Both the position numbers and the translations under genes were made by a program. From positions 17,918,001 to 17,982,000 of the forward strand of contig JBHGNT010000008.1 in NCBI GenBank assembly GCA_043228905.1: a stretch of DNA of 64,000 nucleotides. Reading direction: 5' to 3'. Below are positions 12,165 through 24,826 of the stretch, piece after piece (within the stretch, counting starts at the first letter, position 1; every line of letters begins with the position of its first letter). The notes below the pieces were generated by a model. The model saw only the letters and a list, made by a program, of their open reading frames with translations, was not told the DNA's origin and ran no database searches. This DNA is from Azolla caroliniana (taxonomy: Eukaryota; Plantae; Polypodiophyta).

Positions 12165-14902
12165 TCCTCCCCCACCTAACCGAGCATCCACCGGTATGCG
12201 CCAGAATAGACCTTTGCCGGAGAAGACCGGCCCGCGGTTATCTTTTGTTCTCTGTATCGCCATCCGCTCCGAACTGGTCGTTGTTGCTATCCATGTCCTC
12301 TGGGTCCAGTTTGTCCTCGTGCCGCTTCTTGAACGCCTTGATCCTCTTCACGGCCACCGGCATAACTATTCTCGTTCCATCGAGCTCCGCAAGGTGGTAA
12401 CTGCCGTTGTCGTTAGCGCTTGTCACCGCATAAGGCCCGAATCACCTCCTCGCAAATTTCCGCATCGCCTTGTGCTGGTTGTCGAGGCTGCTATCGTAGA
12501 CCAGAACACATTCGCCTTCCTCGATTATCTTCGGTCATAGTCGGTGAGCCTGGTCGAATTGCCCCTTGTTCTTTGTCCTTGCTGCACGCAGCTTCGCCGT
12601 TGCTCGTTCCACGTCCTCCAGTCTTCGCTCGAGCTGTTGGATTTGCGCCACTAACAGCTCCTCCTGGCTCATCTCGTCTCTCCAGTCCACCACGGCCCAT
12701 GAGGAGATCCTTCGCTCCATCGGCATGATCGGCTTCTACCCGTACATCAGCTACGCCGGCATGAACCCGATTACTGAACTATGCATAGTTCGGTCCACCC
12801 ACAATGCGTAAGGTAGGAGCCGCAACCAGTTCCCAACTTTACGATTGGCCCGTGTCCACGTTCCACCTTCCCGTTTGCCTTCGGATTGTACGCCGTGGTG
12901 AGCGAGAGTTAAACCCCTAACCGATCAAACAGCTCTTCAGCCTCTTGTGCATCCAGTTCTCCACGGTCTGCTACGATCTTCCCTACGCACCCGTACTGAC
13001 ATACCACCTCTTCGATCAAGAACCGACACACGGCCATGATCGTCTTGTTCGGTAACGCTCGGCCCTCCACCTGGTTCATCAGGTCCTCTCATGCTAGCAC
13101 CAGGTATCGCATCTACCCTACCCCCATCTGCATCGTCACTAGATCCACCATCCACTTGAAGTGGGCGGTTGGTGGGTAAGTCGGGTGTAGCTCGTCCCGA
13201 TGTCGTACTATGGAATACATCTGAAAGCTTTCGTAAGTCGTTACGAACCGATGCACGTCCCGGTACAGTCCCGACCACTAGTACTTCTCCTTCAACTTCT
13301 CGAACGTGGCCCATCCCGCCCGATGTCCAACCCAAGGACTGTCGTGGTACGCTGCCAACAATGCTTCCTGCTCCTCCTCCCTCGCCACTACCCGGAGTGG
13401 GACGCGGTCTCGCTTCTTTGGGTGCTTCCATATGCTTCCGTCCCGTAGGAAGAATCGGTACGCTTTCTTCCGGATCCAGTTAGAATCTTCCTTTGTCCAC
13501 ACCGAGTCTGGCGTCATCATTTTCAGGAACCCACTGATCTAGAGCTACTCCCTATCGTACTTGCTCTCGTCGAACTCATTAAGCGCCGGACTGCTCCCCT
13601 TTCTCTTCGTCACGTAAGTCGTCTCGAAGAAGTCCACGCCGACCTCCTCGTCCTCTGAAACCATGCCGCCCTCGTCATCAAACCTCGCTCTCGAAAGCAT
13701 GTCGGCCACGGCGTTGTCCTTCCCGGAGATGTGTCGTATCTCCGGATGCAAGGACTTAATGTACGTTATCCACCTGAGCATTGTCAGGTCCGGCGTTGCG
13801 CATCCGAAAACCATACCGAGAATTGGTCGGCAATCTGTCTCTATTATTACCTCTGTCCCGATCAGGTAGTCTTTATCGGCCTTGACTGCCGAAACGATAC
13901 CCCTGAGTTCGCGTTTAACCTTGGCGTATCCTCGCTGTCGCTCACTAAGTACTTTCGCACCGAACCGGATGGGGGGCGAATGGGGAACGTCGTACCGTTC
14001 TCATCCTCCTGGTTGATCACCCATCCGATTCCAGTCGGACTCGTGTCTACGGTTACATAAATTGGAACATATTTACCGTAGACCGCTTTCGGAGTGCCGG
14101 TGCTGCGGCAAGCGCTTCTGTCATTCTCCGGACCGACTCCACATGCTCCCCGCTCCACTCGAACTTGCACCCTTTCTTCAACAACCCGTAGAGTGGCTCC
14201 ACGATATGGGCATAATGCGGGATCCAAATGTGGTAGAACACGCAAGCTCCCAAGAACCTTTGGACTTCTGTAACCGACCTGCAGTCTTCCTTCATCGCGG
14301 AGATAGCTTCCACATTAGCTGGAGACGGTTTCCGACCATATGGCCCGCACAGGTGTCCAACGACCATGATTTCCGACTGTCCGAAAGCCGATTTCTCCCC
14401 GGAGAAGGTGAGCCGCGTGCCGTCCAGCTTCTGTAGCACCTTCTTACAGTCTCTGATGTGGTCCGAGAAGAATTTCGGACACCCGTCCGGTCCGACCATT
14501 TCGTCCTTGTCCTCCACCGGACATCCCTTGATCGGAATGTCATCCAAAAACGGCATGGTGATGTCCGGGATGATATCCCTTAGCACCTTATTCATCGCAT
14601 TCACCATGTGCGCTACCGAGTTTGTCCCCCCTTGCGGAAGGGTGCACATCCGCCAAGAGGATTCCGCATTGTTGTAATATCCCTGCTCTCCACGGTTTGT
14701 TGGAATTGGTCGTACCCCGAGGACAGATCCCCAACCGAGTAAATCGACCTCCTTGTGAAGGCATGCGGGAATTCATCAATGGTCAGTCTGATTCCTGCGT
14801 TCCGAATGGTCACCTTGTTGACCGGTTGCAAGTCCTAAATAAAGTGCAACATGTCGTTCTTCTTTGGCACAGTAAAACCACCGATTCGAGTATGGGGCAC
14901 TC
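12165..14902 (-). mobile_element. Gypsy element A pol 3' part (RT, RNase H, integrase), frameshifted
   Basis: SAPYSNRWF, LPQGGTNSVAH, PFLDDIPIKG, VTVDTSPTGIG, NAVADMLSR, HDSPWVGH integrase zinc finger, GPY..NGSYHLAELDG. No chromodomain seen. Confidence 0.9.
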
Positions 14903-14980
14903 TGTTGGGGAACAAGGTCATTAGTGCGGAAGAACAAACAACATCCGTGATGGTGAAGAACCTGTGTGCAAATGAAGAAG

Positions 14981-15046
<66 letters not shown>

Positions 15047-15214
15047 GCACAAAGAAACGGTTTATTTCTTAATAACAACAGTTACAAAATGACAACAACC
15101 TTCACTAAAGGTTACAAATTCACTTATGCCCTTATGCTATTTACAGAAATAGCCCAAACTTGGGTTGTCCAAAGAGACAGTGTGAATACGGCCATTATAC
15201 ACTCGTATTCGACA
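14903..15214 (-). repeat. 3' LTR of Copia element 1
   Basis: TGTTGGGG...TTCGACA with an internal (GA)n. PPT CCCATTATGGGGGAG is adjacent on the minus strand. Matches the split LTR at 19890/24808. Confidence 0.92.
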
Positions 15215-18200
15215 CTCCCCCATAATGGGCGTATACATGGGTTATCTTAAATTACAGGTATATACCATGTGTATCGGACAGATCGGTTTTGTTTGAGTTG
15301 GCAAAATCTGAAGACAGAAGACCGAGCCAGTCGGGTCGGAAGAGCTGAAGCCGATCCTCAATGAACCGATGTTGTTTGTCCGAAACCATCCTGTGTTGTG
15401 TGTCTGACTTTAATCGGACCTATTTTTCATTACACCCATCTAGTGCCGAAGGGACCGGAAGCGATCCGCCAAAAGACACTTGGTCATTCCATTTGTGACA
15501 TTATCAGTTATGGATATCTTCTCGAGATCGATTTTCCCTGAAATGACGCAAGCCCGAACAAAGTGATATCGAACGTTGATATGCTTGGAGGTGTTGTGGT
15601 GAACCGGATTTTCTGACAAAGCAACAACACCTTAACTGTCGATGTAGACAACTGGAGCCAAGTCAAGGTCGACTTGTCGAAACATGTGCGCCAGCCAACC
15701 GAGCCATAAAGCTTCTTTTGCCGCGTCGGATGCAGCTACATATTCTGCTTCGGTCGTTAAGGTGGTTGTGCACTCCTGAATTTGAAACAATATTCGGTTG
15801 TTGATTTCTGACTGTCCACGCAGCCGGTGAAGTCCGAGTTGGTGTAACCCACTACGCTTGAGGTTGAGTTCGGGCCAAAAAGAATGTCATGGTCTTTTGT
15901 GTCATCTAGATATCTGAACACATGCTTGAATGCGTTCCAGTGCGATCGGCCTGGGTTGTGCATGAATCTGATGACGACTCCTACAACGTGAGAGATATCA
16001 AGCCGTGTCGCGACCATCGCGTACATAAGGGAGCTGACTATCGGTGCATACGGTATCAACTTCATATCTTCCCCCTCCGGACCGAATGTCGGGCAGTCTC
16101 GCTGAGACAGCCGAAGGTTAATGGGGAGCAGGGTTGAAGCAGACTTGGCCGAATGCATGTTGAAGTGTTCCAAGACACGTCCGATGTAGTCAATTTGAGA
16201 CCAGAAAAATTGGCATGTATCACGATGCCGACTAATCTTCATACCAAGTATGTGTTTTGTTGGACACAGGTCCTTCATGGCAAACTACAACCGCGGTTTC
16301 CGAACGAGTTCGGTGAGCTCTCTAGCATGTCGGCCGGAGAGTAGCATGTCGTCCACGTAAATGATGAGGAAGACAGGAGACCCATCTTGACCTGTTTTGG
16401 TGAAGAGAAAGTGGTCCTAATTGCTCTTGGAGAAGCCGACCGACTAGATGAAGTCATCGAACTTCTTGTACTATTGTCGGGGTGCCTGTTTCAGGCCCTA
16501 TAAACTCTTCCTGAGTCGGCAGACTAGATGTTCCTGGTTGGATGCCACAAAGCCTTTCAACTACTCCATATAGATTTTCTCCTGTAGGTCACCGTGGAGG
16601 AATGCCGTTTTTACATCTAGCTGAATCAGCTCCAAGTTGTCAGCGGTCACGAAGCCGAGCATGAAACGAAGGGTGGTCATTTTCAGCACTGGTGAAAAGA
16701 TTTCGTCGAAGTCGACGCCATATTCATGTCGAAATCCCTTCCCAACTAATCTAGCCTTGTACTTTGGGTTGGTCGAGTCGGACATCTCTTTTAGTCGATA
16801 GACCCACTTACACGGAAGAGCACATCGATTCTCCGGTAATTCGACCAAGTCCCAAGTCCTGTTTGCGCGAATGGAGTGCATTTCCGACTCCATCGCCAGA
16901 TGCCACGTGGCTGAGTCGGCAGATGCCGATGCTTCTTCGTAAGACGTCGGTTCGCCGGCGTCGGTAAAGAAGATTCGGAGAGAGTACCTATCCGGAGGTT
17001 GTGACAGTCTCTCGGATCTTCGAGGTATGACTGGACTGATCGCACCGGGTATAGGTGTCGGATGGTCGGAAGCCGAGCGATTCGGCTGTGCTGAATCGGT
17101 GGATTCAGGACGAGAGGTGTCGGTTACCCGTGAAACCGATCTCGTGTTGTGGGTTGGGCCTTCATGAAGGGTTGGCACTTGGGAAAATATTACCCTTCGA
17201 ACTTCCATAGGCCTTTCGGCCGTTTTATGCATAGCCGACTCGTTGAACACGACGTCCGAACTTTGGACAATTTGTCTGTGCTCGGGGTCCCAGAGTCGGT
17301 ATCCGACCTCGCCGTCGGGTCCATATCCAAGGAAAATGCATTTCCTTGATCTTGGTTCGAGTTTCCGGCGGTCTTCTTTCGGTATGAGGGCATACGCCTC
17401 GCAGCCAAAGATCCTCAGCTTGTCATAATTCGGCCTACTGCCAGTCCATGTTTCCTGAGATATTTTAACTCGTAGAGATCTACTTGGCGACATATTTATT
17501 ATGTGTACTGCCGTAAGTAGAGTCTCCGTCCAGAAGCCATCCGACAGTCCGGAGTGTTGGAGCATGGATACTATGCGTTCTTGAATCGTCTGATTCATGC
17601 GTTCAACAATTCCGTTCTACTCTGAACTATAGGGTGCCGTATATTCCCGACAAAATTTGACGAATTCATCAGACTTGAATTCTCCTCCATTATCGGTTCG
17701 GAGACATTTTAGTTTCCGACCGGTCTGATTTTCGACCATTGCAAGCCATTCGGAGAAGATCGAGAACACCCGATCTTTAGTTCTAATGGGGTAACCCACA
17801 CCTTCTGAGTCGAGTCGTCAATAAAACTGACGAAGTACGAAGCACCGCCGAGAGACTAATGTGGCATCGGGTCACAAACGTCTGAATCGACCAAATCGAG
17901 GGGACTCGATTCTCTTGGTGCTGATGTCGGGTGTGATGCGGCTACCTGTTTGCCGTACTGGCAATGCTCGCAGAATTGGTGATTCGAGAAGGAGAGTTTG
18001 GGGGGATGTAACCGGCTCTGGATAGGTGCGTTATGCCGACCTTGCTGAGGTGTCCAAGTCGTCCGTGCAATAACGATGACACGGGGATATCAACCAAAAA
18101 TAGGTCACCATCTTTGAGTGTGACATATAAATGGTACAAGGAATGTACCTTTGGTCCTCGAGCAAGGAGGAGGTTCCCTTTGTGGAGTGTCCACCCTCCT

Positions 18201-19889
18201 GATGAGAACCCGGCACAAATGTCGGCTTCGTCAAGTTGTCCGACTGAGATCAAGGGTCTTAAAAGCTCAGGAATGTGTCGGACATTGTGTAGTACGAGTG
18301 TAGAGCCACCCGGAAGGTTGAGCTCTACGGTGTCGATTCCGATTAAGGCACAGTGTTGCGAGTTCCCGACTCGAACTGAGTCGGAGTGCCGATCCGAGTA
18401 TTGCTGAAACTGAGATCGGTGAGGTGTCACATGATACGATGCGCCCGAGTCCAGGAGCCCTGTGCTCGATTCCTCAGTCGTAAGCAGAACTTCTGATTCG
18501 ATTGGGTTCTCTATGGACAGTATGTTCGGGTCGGTCGTCAAAATTTCGGCTGAAGAGCCGACGTAGTTGACCTCCTCGTGTCGACTACTCTTCTGATCCG
18601 CTCTCTGAGCTTTGTCGGTTTTTTATTTGACTGCCCGGCAGTTGGCTTTGATGTGTCCCGGCTTCTTGCAGTAGTTGCAGATTCCATCAGTCAGTCGAAC
18701 CTTGTACTATGTAAGCTTCATCTGCCGAGTCTTTGGCAAAAGATTTTCTCCGAGCTGCTTCAGTCAAGATTGCGCTCGTGATTTCAGAGTACTTAATGGC
18801 AGTTGTTGAAGCATTGCACACAGTTGTGACGAAAGTTTCCCAAGAAGAGGGGAGACTACGCATGAGTATCATTTCTCTGAGTTCATCCTCTATTGCCATC
18901 GCCTGAGACGATATTTGGGAGCTTAGGCTTTCGTACTCATTAAGGTGTGCCTGAATCGAATCGGATTCCTTCATCTGCAAGTTTTAGAGGCGCCAGATCA
19001 GATACATCTTCGTTGTGGCGACCTTCTTTTCATAAGTTTCCGACAATGTTTTCCAAAGTTCAAAAGCTTCCTTGCATGATTGCACTGTGAAGTACACTGA
19101 CTCCGAAAAGTGCATCCGAATCGTGGCGCGGACGATCCTGAACAGCTTTAGCCACTTGTTTGCGTTGTATGCTTCTGGAGGACTTTCATTCTCAATCGGG
19201 TCTATCTAACCCTTGACTATGAGATAGTCCTGCATTTGTTCCTTCCAGAAGTTGAAGTTCGAACCGTCGAACCTCCTTAGACTCATCTATGATGAGCCGG
19301 ATGTTGATGCCATCTGGTTCGGTTTCGGTTGGTAAGACTTTGTTCGGAGTTGACTAGGAACCTTAGTGGGTTGCAGCCGATCGGCTCACCCGATATCGTT
19401 CTAGTCGGTTTTGAACCCGAGTCGGTTTGGTTTCGGATACTTGTTGTTGAACTTCCTCGGAGTGACTCCGGTAACTTGAGAGACACAACTGGCTCGTCTT
19501 CCCGAATGTTGCCAAGTCGGAGTGAGCCTGGTTAGCTTTCGATTGTATGCCGAATACCAATTACAAGAAACCGATTGTTTGGGCCGATTCTGCTTCGGAT
19601 GACTGCAGCGATGAGAGGGATGGATCCAACTGATCCTCCCGAATGTCGATCAGCCGAATGAAGCACGAATTTGGTTGTTGCCAGGAGACCAATCTCAAGT
19701 GGTTACAATCACAGGAGCAGAGTACAGTCGGCTAGCTTACTCCAATTAGTGATTTAACATAGTGAGATGCAGACTTCTTGTTTGTCTTCTCTCTTCTCTG
19801 TTCTTCAAGAAAAACTGAAACAGAATGTTGTGTGGTGTACGATGACGGCCGGTAGTGGGTTGAAGAACCTCCAACGCTCTAATACCAAA
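15215..19889 (-). mobile_element. Ty1/Copia element 1 internal region (gag, protease, integrase, RT, RNase H), decayed, inserted in Gypsy A RT
   Basis: Gag LMRSLPSSWETFVT, protease LLDSGASYHVT, integrase LRTDNGGEF, RT YKARLV/QLDVKTAFLHG/IYVDDM, RNase H KHINVRYHF. Primer-binding site (PBS) TGGTATTAGAGC (tRNA-iMet type) at about 19876-19887. Confidence 0.93.
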
Positions 19890-20064
19890 TGTTGGGGAAC
19901 AAGGTCGTCATTGCAGAAGAACAAATAACATCCGTGATGGTGAAGAACCTATGTATGCGAATGAACAAGATACAGAGAGAGAGAGAGAGAGAGAGATAGA
20001 TAGATAGATTATATTATCGTCTTCGGAGGTCAAATATGACCTATCAAACCAAAAATATTACATT

Positions 20065-23000
20065 TCACGTGATATGTGTGAAAGTGAGTAGTGACTCTCG
20101 ATGTTCAAGAACTTTACCAATGAATGTTGCAATCGAGAGTGCACATTGTGGTTGTGAGATGAATTCATGCAAAGATTGGGCTCGATCGAAGAGATGTGTA
20201 AAGCATGGTCGAATATGATCAAAGGCAGAGCATTGTATCAAAGTGTGATACTCAGACTCGCGAACTTGTTTAGGGCAAAGTGCGCATAGCCGACCACTCT
20301 CATCACTTGTACCCCAACGCCCTATTTCACATCGCAATGCATGTGAGCTAAGTCGCATGGAAGCAATGGTTCGAATGGAAGATAACAGTATGGGCTCTAA
20401 CATGTATGGATGTGTTCGATTTCCCCGTTCCGCGAAGAATATGGTTTTGTAGTTAGGTGCAACATGTGTAGTATAATGTGTGAAGCGTGAGCCTCCACAT
20501 TTGTCCCATGTCATGATACATTGGCGTTGCAAAAATGCCTCATTTACAGAGGAATCTAATGATGCATCATGAAGCAAGTGTCTCGCATCCCATCTACCAA
20601 ACCATTTTTCTATATCTTGCATCCAACCGGAACACAAAATTTTGCTTTTATGCGTCTTTTGGATCTTTTTGCTTGCTTCCCACGCAATTCTAGGAAGTCG
20701 ATGTGAGGGACTTTTTTGAACCTTAAGCATGTATTCAACAACCCTTTCCATGGCCATGATCTCAATGGGAAGCGATCCCATCTCAAGGAGGAGGAGGGTG
20801 TAGGGCGTTTGTTTCTTAACTTGTAGAAACTTGGTAAGAAAATGCTTTTGGACATTTTCAAACTCTTTCCACATAGATTTAGGGATGCTACCGCCCCATA
20901 CTTCCACCCCATAGAGAAGAACTGGTGTCACCAAAGTGTCGAAAAGATATTTCTTGAGGACCCAACACTTAATATCTCCAAGATTGCATGTGTTCTCAAA
21001 TGCATATATGCTCGCTTGCCCGCCTCTAAGCGGCGTGTAGCACATTCATTCCATCTATGATTTGAAGGAACTTCAAGGCCAAGATATTTGAAGCTTTCCA
21101 CACATTCAAGTGGCTCATTGTTGTACATAATGCATAGTTTATCTCTTTTTTGGCTCTTCACAAGCATAATCTTTGTTTTAGAGCTATTGACACTTAATTT
21201 AGTATGCATGCAAAATTTTTCCAATGCCTTCATAAGCTTTTGTGCATCTCCTAAAGTATTTGCAAAAAGCACTACATGATCTCCATATAGCAAAAGCATA
21301 ATCACAACATTCCCAATGGCAACTTCTTCAACACATTCTTCCTTTGCAAACTTGGTAACCATTTCTTCCAATTCATCAATGCATAGACCAAATAGTGTTG
21401 GTGAGAGTGGGCATCCTTGCTTAACACCAATAGTGCTTTTGAAAAAATCTGAAAGTTTATCTCTCATGCGCACACAACATATAACCTTCTCATAAATTCG
21501 GGAAATTGCAAGCATATATTCACTTGGCACCTCAAGTTCTTCCATTCGCCTCCAAAGATGCTCACGAGGTACCATATCAAAAGCTTTCTTGAAGTCTACA
21601 AAGCAACAATATAAACCTTTACCTCTAAGGCGACTTTCCTCCGTTAATACTCGAAGGGTGATAAGGTGATCAATGGTGCTATGGTGTTTCCGAAAGCCAG
21701 CTTGTCCATAAGCTCTCTTACCACTTTTTTCAGCCCATACACTTATCTTTGATTCCATTATACATCCAAATAGTTTTGCCATTAATGAGCCAACCATGAT
21801 GGTTCGATAGTTGTTTACATTATTTATATCTCCACCTTTATGTAAAGGTTTGATCCAATTTGTAGTCCAATCGTACGGCATACCATGTTGCAATGCATCA
21901 TTAAACATATCGCTTATCCATATATGTGCTTCCTTTCCCGTCCATTTGAGCATTTCAGCCTTTATACATTGAAGATCGCTTGCCTTTCGAGAGGCCAATT
22001 TCTTAAGTCCTATGCATATATCTTCAATTGTAAAGAAGGGAGGCATATGTGAAAGAGAACCATAACACATCATCTTTCCGGCAAGAGATAACTCATATAA
22101 ATTCTTACAATGCATAGACAAGTCGTGAAGAGTTAAGTCACCATAACTCTCAACACGTTTTCCCTTTAGATTTCCCCAAAATTTAGCACATGCATGTGCT
22201 TTCTCTTGCGTTTGGATAAGTTGTTGAGTAACTTCCCATATTCTTCTCTTTCTTTGAATAAGCCTTTTATACTCATGCAAATGCTTTTGGTAATTCTCTT
22301 TATCCTTAACTACATCCAAAACCATAAGGCACTTTCGAGCTTCATGACATTCTTTATCAAACCATTTTTTCCTAAGTTTCTTGGTGCATTTCCAAGATGT
22401 GCGATTGGTCGAAAAACATTTGTTTGTACATGAGAGAATGACTTTCTTGAAAGCTTCCCATTTGCATTCTAGTGTGGCACCATGTTGTATCTTTGTCATT
22501 TGTAACATATCCTCAACCATCTTGGAATACATGGGTGCTCGCTTAAGGTTCACGCTCAAGTGCGGTTGTTTATTATCTTCAATAGCCTTCTCACAATCAA
22601 ACCTATGCATACATTTGAGATCGATACATTAAGGCCTATGATCGGATTCCGGTGTCCATTCACCAAGTGAGAATTTATGTATACGATCCAAAATACATTC
22701 GGAAAGTAGCACATAGTCAATCACACTATTTCCATTGTGTTTTCTACATGTAAAACCATTAGTGTTGGGCCATAAGGAAATACCATTTGCAATAAGCAAT
22801 CCGGTACTATTGCACATTTGTAGGAGTAACTTCCCAAATTGGTCCGGATCTTTTTCATCGCTAGAAGAGCGGTTATACATTTGCATATCCTCTTGCATCC
22901 TTGAGATATGTGGCATGAAAGATTCTTGTGAATCAAGTTGGAAACTTCTTGTACGAGCATTCATGTCACCAAAGACAATAACTTCCCCTTTGGATTTGAA

Positions 23001-23438
23001 ATAAGCAATATCATCTTCTAGATTGGCAAACGGTTGATCTTTATCCAAACAAGCATAAAAGTTAGAATCTTGATGAGGGATGTAACATCCAACTACAAAA
23101 GTGGGCAAATCATTAGGTGTTTCTATTTTGAGCCATATGTAGCATTTATTTTCATCATTTTTTATGATTGACACATATTTCTCTATTTCCTTCTTAATCA
23201 AACATGCCACCCCTCCTTGTCCTCTTCTTTGTCTTGGATTTTTCTTCCATATCAAAGAGTGTACATTATAGTTTCCTAAACCTTGAATCCTTTGAGTATC
23301 ATGCTCCCATGTCTCAACAAGAAGTGTGATATCCGAGTCATCAGTGAACTCCTCTATGCCAAATCCCGCATTCCATGGGTATCCATTGCAATTCCAAAAG
23401 CATAGTCGTAAAAGGCGTGGGTTAGTCTCATAGATCAC
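20065..23438 (-). pseudogene. LINE ORF2 in three pieces: APE 22629-23438, RT 20928-22610, C-terminus 20065-21045
   Basis: FWNCNG, LVETW, GDMNART, IDY, SDHRP (APE); NYRTI, QAGFR, DFKKAFD, GVKQGCPLSP, FKYLG (RT); RLCALC..EYHTLIQC. Confidence 0.92.
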
Positions 23439-23444
23439 GTGTCC

Positions 23445-24314
23445 CTATTTGCCTACATTTCCATCTTTAGGCACATCCTTAACCTTGTTTTTCAATCTTT
23501 CTTCATATGCTTTACGACGAGCATTTTGTTGTGAGATAGTACGATCTTCACTCACAAAGCATTGTGTACCTTTGAGGTATACCCAACTATTTTCGAGTAT
23601 GATCCGCCGCTTTGTATCATCTGTCATTGTGCATACAATAGGCCTTTCTCCGGAGCGACTAACACCATGTTTCCCAACTCGGTGTGCCCCATATACATTC
23701 ACATCTGACATCCCATAATGCATGCTAAAAAATTCACCAATGGCCTTTCCAAGGGATGCGGGTGTTTCAATACTCTCTTCTTTAATCCCACGGATGACAA
23801 TGTTCTTTGATCGTCGTTCACGTTCTTTCAATTCTCGGACATCTATGTTTTCGATATTCTTCTCTTGATGCATCACATGCATATTAGATGAGTTTGATAG
23901 CACATCCCCACCACATACATCGGCCCATGACTTCGTTGTACATACATTTTTCATCTCACTTACATCCCGCCTCATCGTGTCCAATTTTTCTTCTTTTAAT
24001 GCTTCCTTTAACTCAATCTTGTTAAGGCGCTCATTTGTTTCAAAAGAAGCTCTTTTACATTCTTGAATCTCTTCTTGAAGTTTTGCAACCACTTGTTTAA
24101 GACTTTCATTCTCAATGACAACACTTTGGAGCTTAGTATTCTCTTTCATTAACGTCCTAATCTCTTCACCTTGCTTGTTTATGGTTTCTTGAAGAGAAAT
24201 CAAGTGACTCATAAGCATTTTGTCCATTGCATTAGAATCGAGATTTGTTGGTGATCTCGGCTCATTATCAATTATACCCCCAAACTTTGCGGCGGTTTTA
24301 CGAGTATTTGCCAT
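23445..24314 (-). CDS. LINE ORF1 (coiled coil plus RRM-like region, 289 aa), intact
   Basis: ATG start, heptad-rich N-half, ERERRSKNIVIRGIKE, HRVG..RPIVC, VSEDRT motifs typical of LINE ORF1. Confidence 0.88.
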   Translation of the reverse strand: MANTRKTAAKFGGIIDNEPRSPTNLDSNAMDKMLMSHLISLQETINKQGEEIRTLMKENTKLQSVVIENESLKQVVAKLQEEIQECKRASFETNERLNKIELKEALKEEKLDTMRRDVSEMKNVCTTKSWADVCGGDVLSNSSNMHVMHQEKNIENIDVRELKERERRSKNIVIRGIKEESIETPASLGKAIGEFFSMHYGMSDVNVYGAHRVGKHGVSRSGERPIVCTMTDDTKRRIILENSWVYLKGTQCFVSEDRTISQQNARRKAYEERLKNKVKDVPKDGNVGK

Positions 24315-24577
24315 TGTAGGGACAAAACCTACGGGAAAAGAGAGACAGAGAGGGAAGGAGAGAGAATGTACCTTTCACTCGATTTAGGGCTTCAAAATCT
24401 ACCTTCCGTTTGAGGAACCGTGGGGCAAAGATGGCTGCGGATGAAAATGCTCATAACTTCTCGCTACGGTAACGGAATTCAGTAAATGAACATTCTTTAG
24501 AAAGCTCTCTCAATGAGCTTTCCAACGAGCTATAGAACATAGAAAACGATGGCCGGAGTGAACTTACAGAGAGCTTT

Positions 24578-24614
<37 letters not shown>

Positions 24615-24826
24615 GCACAAAGAAACGGTTTATTTCTTAATAGCAATAGTTAGAAAATGACAACAACCTTCACTAAAGGTTACAAAGTCACTTTATATAG
24701 TGACTATCCTAGGGGAACTGACCCTTTATGCTATTTACAAAAATAGCACAAACTTTGGTTCTCCAAAGGGACAATGTGAATACGGCCATTATACACTCGT
24801 ATTCGACACTCCCCCGTAATGGGTGT

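Larger units (their letters stand above)
19996..24580 (-). mobile_element. Full-length RTEX-like LINE (ORF1 + APE-RT ORF2), now defective
   Basis: 5' UTR, ORF1, endonuclease (EN), RT and C-terminal domain are all present, with an (ATCT)n tail in a (GA)n target. ORF2 has two frameshifts and YADD reads YGDH. Clade assignment is inference. Confidence 0.92.
19890..24808 (-). repeat. 5' LTR of Copia 1, split at its (GA)n by a LINE (halves about 19890-19995 and 24581-24808)
   Basis: Both halves align in order to LTR 14903-15214 and end in ATTCGACA. Confidence 0.88.

Noticed and set aside
14898-14902. CACTC as TSD of Copia 1 (also seen at 24807-24811)
   Set aside because: The right-hand match overlaps the LTR terminal CA and continues as PPT sequence, so it is not a true TSD.
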